The notes: generated by a model not told the origin, from the sequence alone. Positions 16,599-28,643 are shown, numbered from the stretch's first letter. The stretch: 32,000 bases of DNA from Candidatus Electronema halotolerans (GCA_942493095.1 OW818675.1:1680001-1712000); one strand, 5' to 3'. Made by a program: numbers and translations.

Positions 16599-16720
16599 GG
16601 CAAATCGTCCTTTAAAAAATCAGCCTCATGCCGCAAAATCTCCTGCACTTCATCCTCAGCCAGCCCAACCAGCGCGGCAATGGCCGCCGCATCCATGCCT
16701 ATCTGCCGCGCTTGCGCTGC
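16595..16720 (-). pseudogene. Remnant of the C-terminal ~30 codons of a second Rpn-like gene
   Basis: It encodes AAQARQIGMDAAAIAALVGLAEDEVQEILRHE, paralogous to the intact gene's C-terminus LQAQQMGMDAAAIAALVGLAEDEVQAILQES. There is no nuclease domain upstream, because the PPIase gene ends at 16761. Confidence 0.5.
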
Positions 16721-16760
16721 TGGTGGTGAAAACCGTGTGCTTACAGCGGCTCCGGGGCAG

Positions 16761-17840
16761 TTAAAAATCCACCAGCTCCACGTCAAAGACTAACCACGCA
16801 TTGGGCGGAATGACACCTCCGCCTGCGCCCTGCTCGCCGTAGGCCAGCTCCGGCGGGATGATCAGAGTGCGTTTTTCACCCTTCTCCATATTGCTGATGG
16901 CCATGTCCCAGCCAGGAATGACCCGGCCTGCGCCGACCGGAAACTTGATCGGCTCGCCCCGATCATAAGAGCTGTCAAACTTGCGGTCGTTCTCCAACAG
17001 GCGGCCTGTGTAATGGACACTGACCGTGGTGCCCGGCGCAGGCTTGCCGCCTTTGCCCTCTTTGTTCACCACCCAGAACAGACCGTCATGATTGAAATGG
17101 ACATTAGACCATCGTTTTCTGATCAGCTTGATGGTTTTGTCTTTTTCCTCCTTGGCCGCAGTCTGCTCGTGGCTGGCAAGTTCAGCCTTGGCCTTGTCAA
17201 AGGCAGCCTGATCAGTCTCGAACTGCTGGGCCTTTTCGCCTTGGCGGATGATTTCAATGGTCTTGATCACATCGCCCTGCTCAATCGCATTGACCACATC
17301 CTGTCCTTCCACGACATGACCAAAAATAGTGTGCTTGCCATTCAGATGCGGGGTGGCGACATGAGTGATGAAAAACTGCGAGCCATTGGTGTTTGGCCCG
17401 GCATTGGCCATTGCCAGCACGCCGGGGCCGGTGAATTTGAGATCAGGAACAATCTCGTCCGCAAAGCTGTAGCCCGGTCCGCCAGTGCCAGTGCCGAGCG
17501 GACAGCCGCCTTGAATCATGAAATCCTTGATCACCCGGTGAAATTTGAGGCCGTCATAAAAATGGGTGCCAGTCGGCTTGGTTGCGCCGCCATAAGCCAA
17601 GGTTCCTTCGGCCAGGCCGACAAAGTTGATCACAGTCAGCGGCGTTTTGTCGTAATATAATTCCAGCAGAATATCGCCCTTGCTGGTCTTGATCTTGGCA
17701 TACAGTCCGTCTTTCATTGCTTGCTCCTTGGTCTTTGAGGTTGAATCAGCCGACGCGGGCTGGCTGGCAGCAGGCCGCGAAGAAAAAACAAGCAGCACAG
17801 ACAGCAGCAGCGCGGGCAGCAGGCGCGGCAAGGTGTTCAT
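16761..17840 (-). CDS. Exported dual-family peptidyl-prolyl isomerase (cyclophilin domain fused to FKBP domain)
   Basis: The signal peptide is [26 protein letters not shown]. Cyclophilin motifs are [13 protein letters not shown] and [10 protein letters not shown]. The FKBP domain reads VHYTGRLL.....[25 protein letters not shown]........[18 protein letters not shown] 17840 (GGAGG 7 nt upstream) is preferred to the track start at 17894. Confidence 0.9.
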   Translation of the reverse strand: MNTLPRLLPALLLSVLLVFSSRPAASQPASADSTSKTKEQAMKDGLYAKIKTSKGDILLELYYDKTPLTVINFVGLAEGTLAYGGATKPTGTHFYDGLKFHRVIKDFMIQGGCPLGTGTGGPGYSFADEIVPDLKFTGPGVLAMANAGPNTNGSQFFITHVATPHLNGKHTIFGHVVEGQDVVNAIEQGDVIKTIEIIRQGEKAQQFETDQAAFDKAKAELASHEQTAAKEEKDKTIKLIRKRWSNVHFNHDGLFWVVNKEGKGGKPAPGTTVSVHYTGRLLENDRKFDSSYDRGEPIKFPVGAGRVIPGWDMAISNMEKGEKRTLIIPPELAYGEQGAGGGVIPPNAWLVFDVELVDF

Positions 17841-17991
17841 AGAAAATCCTCCGTCAGCAGGTTGATTGAAAAAGCCGCCTTTGGGCATTGCCAAAAGAAT
17901 GGCGGCAGAATTTGCAACGATGCAACTAACCCGCCAGCGCGACCTTTGTCAAGCAAAACCGCTCTTTTTCCCGGCCAAAGCCGCTTCGCTC

Positions 17992-18021
17992 TTGACGGGC
18001 CGGGGCTGTCCGGTTTAAATA
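17992..18021 (+). promoter_or_regulatory. Candidate sigma70 promoter for waaA (TTGACG-17 nt-TTAAAT)
   Basis: TTGACG lies at 17992-17997, followed by a 17-nt spacer and TTAAAT/TAAATA at 18015-18021. It is 60 nt upstream of ATG 18082. Confidence 0.3.
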
Positions 18022-18081
18022 GGCTGTCTCCGCAAGGATGAAAACGACTGCCGGACCTGCCGCGCCGGAACACCTTCTCAG

Positions 18082-19365
18082 ATGCTTCCAGTTCTCTACC
18101 GCATAGCTGGCAGGACTGCTCACGCCCTGCTTCCGGCCCTTTTGCCCGCAGTCAATGCTCTTGCTCCCAGCTGGGAAGCCGGACAGCGGCTGGGAAACTA
18201 TCAGGGAACCGCTGCTCAGACCACAGGCCCGCTGCTCTGGATTCACGCCGCCTCAGTGGGCGAAATGCAGGCTGCCCGCGCTCTGATCGCTGTCTTGACC
18301 GAAAAAATTCCCAGTTGCCGCTTTGTGCTCACGGCCATGACCAGACAGGGCCGGGATGCGGCCCGCGCCCGGCTGCCGGAGACGGTGCGCTGCGAGCTGG
18401 CCCCGATAGACACGCCGCAGGCTGTGACTGCGGCTCTGCGGACGCTGCGGCCTGATCTCTATGTCTGCTTGGAAACTGAACTGTGGCCGACCATGCTGCT
18501 GGAAACAGGCAAGGCCGGGATTCCCATGCTCCTGCTCAACGGACGGCTGTCTGCATCCGCCTTTCGCCGCTACCAGCGCATCTGCGGTTTCATGACCGAT
18601 CTGCTCAGAGGCTTTGCCGCAGTCGGAGTGATCCGGGAGGAGGACGGCGACCGCTATTGCCAGCTCGGCGTTGAGGCCGGGCGGATCAAAGTCTGCGGCA
18701 ATCTCAAATATGATCTGCCTGCTGCTGATGCGGCGGCAGTGCGGGAAAAATATCAGCGGCTGCTCACGCCTGCCGGGAAAAGGCTGTTCATCTGCGGCTC
18801 CACCCGCAGCGGCGAGGAAGAGCTGCTCCTGCCAGTGTATCGACGATTGCGGACGGAAACAGCAGGCAACCTGCTTTGGATCATTGCTCCTCGCCATCTG
18901 AACCGCTTGGATGAGGTCAGACGGCTGCTGATGCGGGCCGGGCTGGACTGCGAGCTGCTCTCTGACTGCGCTGCTGAAGGACGGAGAAAGGACATTATCT
19001 TGGTTGATTCGCTGGGCGAGCTGGCTGATTTGTATGCTCTTGGTGATGTCAACTTCTGCGGCGGCAGTTTAGTTGATAAGGGCGGCCACAACATCATGGA
19101 GCCGGTGCGCTGGCACAGGCCAGTGCTCTTCGGCCCGTTCATGCGCGATTATCAGGATGCGGCAGACTTGGTGCTGACCGCAGGCGCGGGCTTTCAGGTG
19201 CGTGACGCAGAGGAGCTGGCTGACCGTCTCTCCGTGCTGCTGCGGGACGAGCGGCTTCAGCAGGAAGTCTGTCAGGCGGCAAAGCGGCTGGCCCGCTCGC
19301 AGCAGGGGGCAGCGCAGCGGCAGGCGGATATGGTGCTGCGGCAATTGCAAGGCATCTCGGCCTGA
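18082..19365 (+). CDS. waaA: 3-deoxy-D-manno-octulosonic acid (Kdo) transferase
   Basis: The LLWIHAASVGEMQAARALI signature and a GT30 C-terminal domain (GGSLVDKGGHNIMEP) are present. The length of 427 aa is typical. Confidence 0.92.
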   Translation: MLPVLYRIAGRTAHALLPALLPAVNALAPSWEAGQRLGNYQGTAAQTTGPLLWIHAASVGEMQAARALIAVLTEKIPSCRFVLTAMTRQGRDAARARLPETVRCELAPIDTPQAVTAALRTLRPDLYVCLETELWPTMLLETGKAGIPMLLLNGRLSASAFRRYQRICGFMTDLLRGFAAVGVIREEDGDRYCQLGVEAGRIKVCGNLKYDLPAADAAAVREKYQRLLTPAGKRLFICGSTRSGEEELLLPVYRRLRTETAGNLLWIIAPRHLNRLDEVRRLLMRAGLDCELLSDCAAEGRRKDIILVDSLGELADLYALGDVNFCGGSLVDKGGHNIMEPVRWHRPVLFGPFMRDYQDAADLVLTAGAGFQVRDAEELADRLSVLLRDERLQQEVCQAAKRLARSQQGAAQRQADMVLRQLQGISA

Positions 19366-19497
19366 CGGTTGAACAAATTTAGTTAGGAATATTTGAACCC
19401 GCTTGGTATTCGCTCACATTATCATCGATAAACCACCGCACCTGATTTTCCTTCGCAGCGCAACAGCAGGTGATCTCAATCCGAAAAACAATTCTAT

Positions 19498-20607
19498 ATG
19501 AAAGCACTTATCGCGCTTGAAGACGGCACTGTCATGACTGGCCGCTCCTTCACCGGGCCGGGCGAGGCCGCCGGGGAGATCGTGTTCAACACCAGCATGA
19601 GCGGCTATCAGGAAATCCTGACAGATCCCTCCTACACCGGCCAGATGGTCACCATGACCTACCCGCTGATCGGCAATTACGGCATCAATGCCGAGGACAT
19701 GGAGTCGGCAGCCGTGCATCCCCGCGCCTTCCTGATGCGCGAACATCAGGCCGTGCCAAGCAATTTTCGCGCCTGCAGCACCTTGCTCGACTTCCTGCAA
19801 AAATTCGGCGTGCTTGGCATCGAAGGCCTAGACACCCGGATGCTGACCCGGATCATCCGCAAGCGCGGGGCCATGAAGGCGGTCATCTCCACCCAAGACA
19901 CTGATCCAGCCTCGCTGGTGGAAAAAGCCAAGCAGTGGGATGGTTTGGTGGGCCGGGACATGGTGGCAGGCGTGACAACGGCCAAGCCTTATGCTTGGGG
20001 CGCAAACGGCCCGCTGGCAAGCAGCGCGTTCCCGGCAGGCGGCAGGTTCAAGGTCGTGGCTTATGATTTCGGGATCAAATACAACCAGCTCCGCATTCTG
20101 ACTGAGAAAGGATGCAGCGTCTTGGTTGTGCCTGCGAAAACCCCGGCAGCCGAGGTGCTGGCTCTGAACCCGGACGGCGTGTTCCTCTCCAACGGCCCTG
20201 GCGACCCGGCAGGCGTGGAAGGGGTGGTCGATAACATCCGCGCTTTGCTTGGCAAGAAGCCGATCTTTGGCATCTGCCTTGGTCATCAGATGTTGGGGCT
20301 GGCTTATGGCGGCCAGACCTTCAAGCTCAAATTCGGCCACCGGGGCGGCAATCAGCCGGTCAAGGATTTGCAGACCGGCAAGGTGGAGATCACCTCCCAG
20401 AATCATGGTTTCTGCGTTGACCCGGACAGCCTGCCTGACAGCGTGGAAGTGACTCACATCAACCTGAATGACGGCAGCTTGGAAGGCATGCGGCACAAGG
20501 AATTCCCCGCCTTTTCTGTCCAGTACCACCCGGAACACGCGCCTGGCCCGCACGATGCCGTCTATCTCTTTGACCGCTTCCTTGACCTGATGATGGTCCG
20601 TTCCTGA
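19498..20607 (+). CDS. carA: Carbamoyl-phosphate synthase small (glutaminase) subunit
   Basis: The N-terminus reads [15 protein letters not shown]...[21 protein letters not shown]. The GATase motif GICLGHQ is present, with HRGGNQPV and VQYHPE. Confidence 0.97.
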   Translation: MKALIALEDGTVMTGRSFTGPGEAAGEIVFNTSMSGYQEILTDPSYTGQMVTMTYPLIGNYGINAEDMESAAVHPRAFLMREHQAVPSNFRACSTLLDFLQKFGVLGIEGLDTRMLTRIIRKRGAMKAVISTQDTDPASLVEKAKQWDGLVGRDMVAGVTTAKPYAWGANGPLASSAFPAGGRFKVVAYDFGIKYNQLRILTEKGCSVLVVPAKTPAAEVLALNPDGVFLSNGPGDPAGVEGVVDNIRALLGKKPIFGICLGHQMLGLAYGGQTFKLKFGHRGGNQPVKDLQTGKVEITSQNHGFCVDPDSLPDSVEVTHINLNDGSLEGMRHKEFPAFSVQYHPEHAPGPHDAVYLFDRFLDLMMVRS

Positions 20608-20620
20608 TGGAAATCCCACC

Positions 20621-20742
20621 GTAGGGGCAGCCCCTTGTGGCTGCCCGGTTGCTCATTATCCCCGATGATGGGCTGCCCGGTTAATTATTGCGACCACGAC
20701 ATTCAGGGCAGGCACGGGGGCCTGTCCTGCCGATGCTTTTTT
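20621..20742 (+). repeat. REP-like structured intergenic element between carA and carB (two GC hairpins, a 12-nt direct repeat, T-tract)
   Basis: Hairpin GGGCAGCC (20625-20632) / GGCTGCCC (20639-20646). GGCTGCCCGGTT occurs at 20639-20650 and again at 20671-20682. Hairpin GGCAGG (20707-20712) / CCTGCC (20726-20731) is followed by TTTTTT at 20737-20742. Confidence 0.45.
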
Positions 20743-20765
20743 AGATATTATTCGTCCAGCTTGCC

Positions 20766-23993
<3,228 letters not shown>

Positions 23994-24029
23994 CGCAGCA
24001 TTCAACTCATCCAATCACTTCCCAGAGGA

Positions 24030-25880
24030 ATGAACAACTTTTACAAAAATCTGAGCATGTGGCTGGTGATCGGTCTGGCGGCGGTGCTGCTGGTCAATCT
24101 CTTCCGTCCCCAGCCGCAGGAGTCCAGCACGCAGATGACCTACAGCCAGTTTCTGGACAATGTCGAGAGCGGGGTGATCCGCCGGGTGACGGTCAAAGAT
24201 GACCGTATTCTTGGCTCAACCACCGACGGCAGACCCTTTATGACCATTGTTCCGCCTGACTTGGAGCTGATTCCTCTGCTACGCAAGGCAGATGTGGATA
24301 TTTCAGTCAAGGAGCCGGACAAGGAATCGCTCTGGATGTCGATTTTCATCTCTTGGTTCCCGATGCTCCTGCTGATCGGAGTCTGGGTCTTTTTCATGCG
24401 CCAGATGCAGATGGGCGGCGGCAAGGGCGGCGCGCTTGGCTTTGGCAGAAACAGGGCCAGAATGCAGGAGGAGGGAGAGGTTAAAATCACCTTCAAGGAT
24501 GTGGCCGGAATTGACGAGGCCAAGGCCGAGTTGGAGGAGATCATTGATTTTCTCAAAGACCCGGAAAAATTCACCAAGCTGGGCGGACGCATTCCCAAGG
24601 GCGTGCTGCTGGCCGGTCCTCCAGGCACAGGCAAGACCTTGCTGGCCAAGGCCATTGCCGGCGAGGCGGGCGTGCCGTTTTTCACCATTTCCGGCTCAGA
24701 TTTTGTTGAGATGTTTGTCGGTGTCGGTGCCTCGCGGGTGCGCGATCTGTTCAGCCAAGGCATGAAAAATGCGCCCTGCATCATCTTTATTGATGAGATT
24801 GATGCAGTGGGACGGCATCGCGGGGCAGGCTTGGGCGGCGGCCATGACGAGCGTGAGCAGACCCTGAACCAGCTCTTGGTGGAGATGGACGGCTTCAACG
24901 CCAATCACGGCGTGATCATCATAGCGGCCACCAACCGGCCTGATGTGCTGGATCCGGCCCTGCTCCGGCCAGGCCGTTTTGACCGGCAGGTGGTGGTGCC
25001 CATCCCGGACATCAAAGGCCGCCAGATGATCTTGGAGATTTACGGGCAAAAAACCAAGCTGGCCGCTGATGCTGACATGGCGGTCATTGCCCGTGGCACT
25101 CCCGGCTTTTCCGGGGCTGATTTGGAGAACTTGGTCAACGAGGCGGCCCTGCTTGCCGCCCGGCAGGGGGCTGAGGAAGTCAGCATGGAGCTGCTGGAGC
25201 AGGCCAAGGACAAGGTCATGATGGGCGCGGAACGGCGTTCGATGATCATCTCTGAGCATGAGAAGAAAATCACCGCCTGCCACGAGGCGGGTCATGCGGT
25301 GGTGGCCCGACTGCTGCCCGGCACGGATCCCATCCACAAGGTGACAATCATTCCCCGTGGACGCGCCCTCGGCCTGACCATGCAGTTGCCTATTGATGAG
25401 AAATACACTCTTTCCAAGCCGTTTCTTCTCAGCAACATCCAGATACTCTACGGTGGCTGGGTGGCGGAAAAGGTCATGTTTGGCGAGATCACCACCGGCG
25501 CAGGCAATGACATTGAGCGGGCCAGCGAGCTGGCTCGGAAAATGGTCTGTGAATGGGGCATGAGCGATGAGCTGGGGCCGCTCGCCTACGGCAAGAAGGA
25601 GGAGCAGATTTTCTTAGGCCGCGAGATCGCCCAGCATCGTGATTACAGCGAGGAAACCGCCCGCCGCATTGACGAGGTGGTCAAGCAGATCATCCTTGAC
25701 GCGACAGCGGCCACAGACAAGCTGCTGCGGCAGAATATAGACATCTTACAGGCTGTGGCGGATGAACTGCTGGAAAAGGAGACCATCACCCTTGAAGATA
25801 TTGACCGGGTTATTGCCGAGCTGAGATCGGACGAGGGCACAGTGACCTTGGAAAAAGCGGCGAAAGACGAAGCAGCCTGA
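24030..25880 (+). CDS. ftsH: ATP-dependent zinc metalloprotease FtsH
   Basis: An N-terminal TM segment, AAA+ Walker [24 protein letters not shown], Walker [13 protein letters not shown] ([19 protein letters not shown]) and the zinc motif HEAGHA are present. Confidence 0.97.
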   Translation: MNNFYKNLSMWLVIGLAAVLLVNLFRPQPQESSTQMTYSQFLDNVESGVIRRVTVKDDRILGSTTDGRPFMTIVPPDLELIPLLRKADVDISVKEPDKESLWMSIFISWFPMLLLIGVWVFFMRQMQMGGGKGGALGFGRNRARMQEEGEVKITFKDVAGIDEAKAELEEIIDFLKDPEKFTKLGGRIPKGVLLAGPPGTGKTLLAKAIAGEAGVPFFTISGSDFVEMFVGVGASRVRDLFSQGMKNAPCIIFIDEIDAVGRHRGAGLGGGHDEREQTLNQLLVEMDGFNANHGVIIIAATNRPDVLDPALLRPGRFDRQVVVPIPDIKGRQMILEIYGQKTKLAADADMAVIARGTPGFSGADLENLVNEAALLAARQGAEEVSMELLEQAKDKVMMGAERRSMIISEHEKKITACHEAGHAVVARLLPGTDPIHKVTIIPRGRALGLTMQLPIDEKYTLSKPFLLSNIQILYGGWVAEKVMFGEITTGAGNDIERASELARKMVCEWGMSDELGPLAYGKKEEQIFLGREIAQHRDYSEETARRIDEVVKQIILDATAATDKLLRQNIDILQAVADELLEKETITLEDIDRVIAELRSDEGTVTLEKAAKDEAA

Positions 25881-25908
25881 CCTGCGCTGAACATTTCCAG
25901 TCAATCTG

Positions 25909-25940
25909 AGGCGCAGGATTTTCCTGCGCCTTTTCTTTTT
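25909..25940 (+). terminator. Rho-independent terminator/attenuator between ftsH and folP
   Basis: The stem GGCGCAGG (25910-25917) / CCTGCGCC (25923-25930) has a 5-nt loop, then TTTTCTTTTT (25931-25940) runs directly into the folP GGAG. Confidence 0.55.
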
Positions 25941-25952
25941 GGAGTGAAAACG

Positions 25953-26759
25953 ATGCGGCAGACGCGGATCATGGGCATCCTCAATGTCACCCCGGATTCC
26001 TTTTCCGACGGCGGCAGTTTTGTTGACGAGCGCAGCATCCTTGCGCAGGCCGAGCGGCTGCTGGCCGAGGGCGCGGACATCATTGATGTGGGCGGCGAAT
26101 CGACCCGGCCCTTTGCCGAGCCTGTTTCTGAACAAGAGGAACTGGGACGGGTCATTCCAGCGATTCAGGCGGTGCGTTCCCTGTCCGCTGCGGTGCCGAT
26201 CTCCATTGACACCACCAAGGCTGCTGTGGCCCGCGCCGCTATGGCCGCCGGTGCGACCATGCTCAACGACATTTCCGCCCTCCGCCATGACCCGGACATG
26301 CTACAGGTCGCGCTCGAACATGACTGCCCAGTGATCATCATGCACATCCAAGGCACGCCGGGCGACATGCAGGTCAATCCGCACTACGAGGACGTGGTTG
26401 CTGAAATCTGCGCCTTTTTCCAAGAGCGGACCGCGTGGATGCAAGCCCAAGGCATCAGGCGGGAGCGGATCATCATTGATCCGGGCATCGGCTTTGGCAA
26501 GACGCTGGAGCATAATTTGACCATTCTCCGCCATATCAGCGCGTTCAAGCAGCTTGGCTTTCCAGTCCTGATCGGCCATTCACGCAAATCCTTTTTCGGC
26601 AAGCTACTCAATCTTGCCGTTGAGGAACGCGACTGCCCGACTGCCGTGGTGTCAGCTCTTTGCGCCCGGCAAGAGGCGGATATTCTTCGGGTGCATGACG
26701 TGGCTCAAACAAGGGCGGCAGTGCGGCTGGCTGCGGTGCTGGAGCCGCAGTCCGAATAA
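25953..26759 (+). CDS. folP: Dihydropteroate synthase
   Basis: IMGILNVTPDSFSDGG, DIIDVGGESTRP, NDISAL and the pterin-binding barrel are present. ATG 25953 (GGAG 8 nt upstream) is preferred to the GTG at 25944 used in the track. Confidence 0.95.
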   Translation: MRQTRIMGILNVTPDSFSDGGSFVDERSILAQAERLLAEGADIIDVGGESTRPFAEPVSEQEELGRVIPAIQAVRSLSAAVPISIDTTKAAVARAAMAAGATMLNDISALRHDPDMLQVALEHDCPVIIMHIQGTPGDMQVNPHYEDVVAEICAFFQERTAWMQAQGIRRERIIIDPGIGFGKTLEHNLTILRHISAFKQLGFPVLIGHSRKSFFGKLLNLAVEERDCPTAVVSALCARQEADILRVHDVAQTRAAVRLAAVLEPQSE

Positions 26760-26791
26760 AAAAAGCCCGTCATGCCTGAGACATGACGGGC
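26758..26791 (-). terminator. Rho-independent terminator of the small minus-strand gene (also closes folP)
   Basis: A perfect 10-bp stem GCCCGTCATG (26765-26774) / CATGACGGGC (26782-26791) is present. On the minus strand it is followed by a 7-U tract (A-run 26758-26764). Confidence 0.65.
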
Positions 26792-26813
26792 CGAGTCAAA
26801 CAGCATCGTTGAT

Positions 26814-27104
26814 TTACTGAGATTCCGGTTTCGTCTCGCAGGCACCTTTGTCAGTGCTGTAATGCACTTCAGCCACATAGAGACCGTTTTCTTTTTCCGG
26901 CAGAATCTGAATCATGGTGTCAGCTCTGAGACAGTCCTTTCCACCCAGTTCCGCATCCTTGCTGGCTGCTAGCTGCGCGCCTGCGGCAAAAGCCTCAGCA
27001 ACAGTTTTTCCATAGACTTTTGCGCATTTTTTATCCCCGGCATGAGCCAATGTGGCGAGCAGCAAGCCAACTGCCGCATAGGCTGCAATAATAAAATTCT
27101 GCAT
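26814..27104 (-). CDS. Small exported protein of unknown function (signal peptide, 3 Cys)
   Basis: MQNFIIAAYAAVGLLLATLAHA is a signal-peptide-like N-terminus. AGGAGG lies 7 nt upstream of ATG 27104 (the track start, GTG 27110, abuts the SD). The gene has its own promoter-like element and terminator. I recognise no family. Confidence 0.55.
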   Translation of the reverse strand: MQNFIIAAYAAVGLLLATLAHAGDKKCAKVYGKTVAEAFAAGAQLAASKDAELGGKDCLRADTMIQILPEKENGLYVAEVHYSTDKGACETKPESQ

Positions 27105-27138
27105 GATCACACCTCCTATGAAGATGTCCAGCCCTTGT

Positions 27139-27157
27139 AATAGGAATAGTTCCTATT
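27139..27157. promoter_or_regulatory. 19-bp perfect palindrome AATAGGAA-TAG-TTCCTATT at the predicted transcription start of the small minus-strand gene
   Basis: The 8-bp arms occupy 27139-27146 and 27150-27157, between the -10 element (27166..27161) and the SD (27116..27112). Confidence 0.35.
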
Positions 27158-27160
27158 TTC

Positions 27161-27189
27161 ATGTTACAGGATCAGAGGAAAATTGTCAA
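27161..27189 (-). promoter_or_regulatory. Candidate sigma70 promoter for the small exported-protein gene (TTGACA-17 nt-TAACAT)
   Basis: On the minus strand TTGACA lies at 27189..27184, followed by a 17-nt spacer and TAACAT at 27166..27161. Confidence 0.4.
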
Positions 27190-27218
27190 AAAATATATGA
27201 TTTCAAAAAGATGTGTTA

Positions 27219-27242
27219 TTTTTTAAACTCTGGTTTAAAAAA
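27219..27242. promoter_or_regulatory. 24-bp perfect palindrome TTTTTTAAAC-TCTG-GTTTAAAAAA in the divergent control region
   Basis: The 10-bp arms occupy 27219-27228 and 27233-27242. The AT-rich composition makes a chance match more likely. Confidence 0.25.
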
Positions 27243-27297
27243 TTATTTTGCATAGTATGTTCATTGAAAGCAGCGCATTATTTTTTCTTTTTCCTGC

Positions 27298-27349
27298 TTG
27301 ACAGATATAACACGGTGTGATAGAACGGATGAAACGATGATGTTATAAT
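27298..27349 (+). promoter_or_regulatory. Candidate promoter region of the nik/cbi operon: TTGACA (27298-27303) and an extended -10 TGtTATAAT (27341-27349), spanned by inverted repeat TATAACA-N28-TGTTATA
   Basis: TGTTATAAT lies 24 nt upstream of ATG 27373. TATAACA is at 27306-27312 and TGTTATA at 27341-27347. GTGTTAT also occurs at 27213-27219. Confidence 0.35.
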
Positions 27350-27372
27350 CAACAAATAAATATTACAATCTT

Positions 27373-27987
27373 ATGCACATTTCCGAAGGTGTCCTCTCTG
27401 CGCCAGTGCTGATCAGCGGCGGCGTGACTGCCGCAGTCGGCACGATCATCGGCCTACGCAAGATCGAATGGGACAATGTCATGCCGACGGCCTTGCTTTC
27501 CTCCACCTTTTTTGTCGCCAGCCTTGTCCACGTCCCCATAGGGCCGGGATCCGTGCATCTGATTCTCAACGGACTGGTTGGCCTGATTCTTGGCTGGGGC
27601 TGCTTTCCCGCCATTCTGATCGCCCTCTTTCTGCAAGCACTCTTCTTTCAGTTCGGCGGCCTGATTGTGCTCGGAGTCAACACCACGACTATGGCCCTAC
27701 CAGCCGTGTGCTGCCATTATCTGACCCGCCGCTGGCTGGAGGAGCCAAAAACCCGGGCCGGTGCCGCCTTTGCCGTCGGCCTGCTGTCAATTCTCTTTTC
27801 CGCCCTGCTGACCTCCTTGGCCTTGGCCCTGTCAGACATGGGGTTCTTAACCACAGCCAAGGTTCTGGTTGTCGCCCACGTGCCGGTCATGATCATTGAG
27901 GGCTTCATTACTATGTTTGTCGCCGGTTTTATTGCCAAGGTGCAGCCGGAAATCCTTCATCTTCAGCCTGTTACCGTCAAGTCATGA
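27373..27987 (+). CDS. cbiM: ECF transporter substrate-capture component CbiM/NikM (Ni2+/Co2+)
   Basis: The invariant N-terminus MHISEGVL (Met1-His2 metal ligands) is present, with about 6 TM segments and a typical 204-aa length. Confidence 0.93.
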   Translation: MHISEGVLSAPVLISGGVTAAVGTIIGLRKIEWDNVMPTALLSSTFFVASLVHVPIGPGSVHLILNGLVGLILGWGCFPAILIALFLQALFFQFGGLIVLGVNTTTMALPAVCCHYLTRRWLEEPKTRAGAAFAVGLLSILFSALLTSLALALSDMGFLTTAKVLVVAHVPVMIIEGFITMFVAGFIAKVQPEILHLQPVTVKS

Positions 27988-28643
27988 ACACTCCAAAAAC
28001 ATCGCTGCCGCTTGTCCTGCTTTGCATTCTTCTCCTGCTGCCGGTCACTGCCGCTGCCCATAAAATGAGCGTCTTTGCCTGGGCTTCAGGGAATCAGATT
28101 CAGGGTGAAGTCAAATTCAGCGGAGGCCGCCGGGCCAAACATGTGTCTGTCGAGGCGCAGGATGAAGCCACTCATGCTGTGCTGATGAAAAGCGAGACCA
28201 ATGACAATGGAGAATTCACCCTTGCCCTGTCCGCCGCTGTTCTTGAAAAGAAGCCGGACCTGCTGATAGTCGCCAACGGCGGCGACGGTCACCGGGGCGA
28301 ATGGCCGCTCAAGGCCAAGGAATACATGGCGGCTGAAATTCCTGCCGCGCCTGAGGCTGACACTGCTGCTGCCGCGCCCGCATCGCAGGAGGAGGAAACA
28401 GCAGCCGAGTCCTCATCGTCCTCTTCCAGCGGCACTGTTCAGGCGACGGGAGTTGACAGCCGCCTGCTGCGGCAGATTGTCTCTGAGGAAGTGAACCGGG
28501 CAGTGACTCCTATACGGAGGACGTTAGCCGAAGAAAGCGAGCGCGGGCCTTCCTTGCAGGATATTCTCGGCGGCATTGGCTGGATTGTCGGCATGGCCGG
28601 AATTGCCGCCTGGATGCAGAGCCGTCGGAAAAAACAGAGCTGA
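27984..28643 (+). CDS. NikL-like auxiliary component: signal/anchor, transthyretin/carboxypeptidase-regulatory-like beta-sandwich, low-complexity linker, C-terminal TM helix
   Basis: The start overlaps the cbiM stop as ATGA. The N-terminus is LPLVLLCILLLLPVTAAA followed by HKMSVFAW..GNQIQGEVKFSGG. The linker is Ala/Glu/Ser-rich (SSSSSSSG). The C-terminus is ILGGIGWIVGMAGIAAWM-QSRRKK. It occupies the position where CbiN/NikN normally sits. Confidence 0.7.
   Translation: MNTPKTSLPLVLLCILLLLPVTAAAHKMSVFAWASGNQIQGEVKFSGGRRAKHVSVEAQDEATHAVLMKSETNDNGEFTLALSAAVLEKKPDLLIVANGGDGHRGEWPLKAKEYMAAEIPAAPEADTAAAAPASQEEETAAESSSSSSSGTVQATGVDSRLLRQIVSEEVNRAVTPIRRTLAEESERGPSLQDILGGIGWIVGMAGIAAWMQSRRKKQS

Noticed and set aside
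15619-16760. Rpn-like gene as a complete insertion sequence
   Set aside because: I found no terminal inverted repeats or target-site duplication, only direct repeats derived from the gene's own 3' end. This family is not known to form classical IS elements.
16595-16786. 63-aa ORF as an independent gene
   Set aside because: Its N-terminal part overlaps the end of the PPIase gene in another frame. Only its C-terminal 32 residues are meaningful, as a paralogous tail of the Rpn-like protein, so I call it a remnant.
27111-27372. Cobalamin riboswitch upstream of cbiM
   Set aside because: The region is very AT-rich, lacks a B12-box-like GCCACTG core and GC-rich helices, and is too short between the promoter and the start codon.
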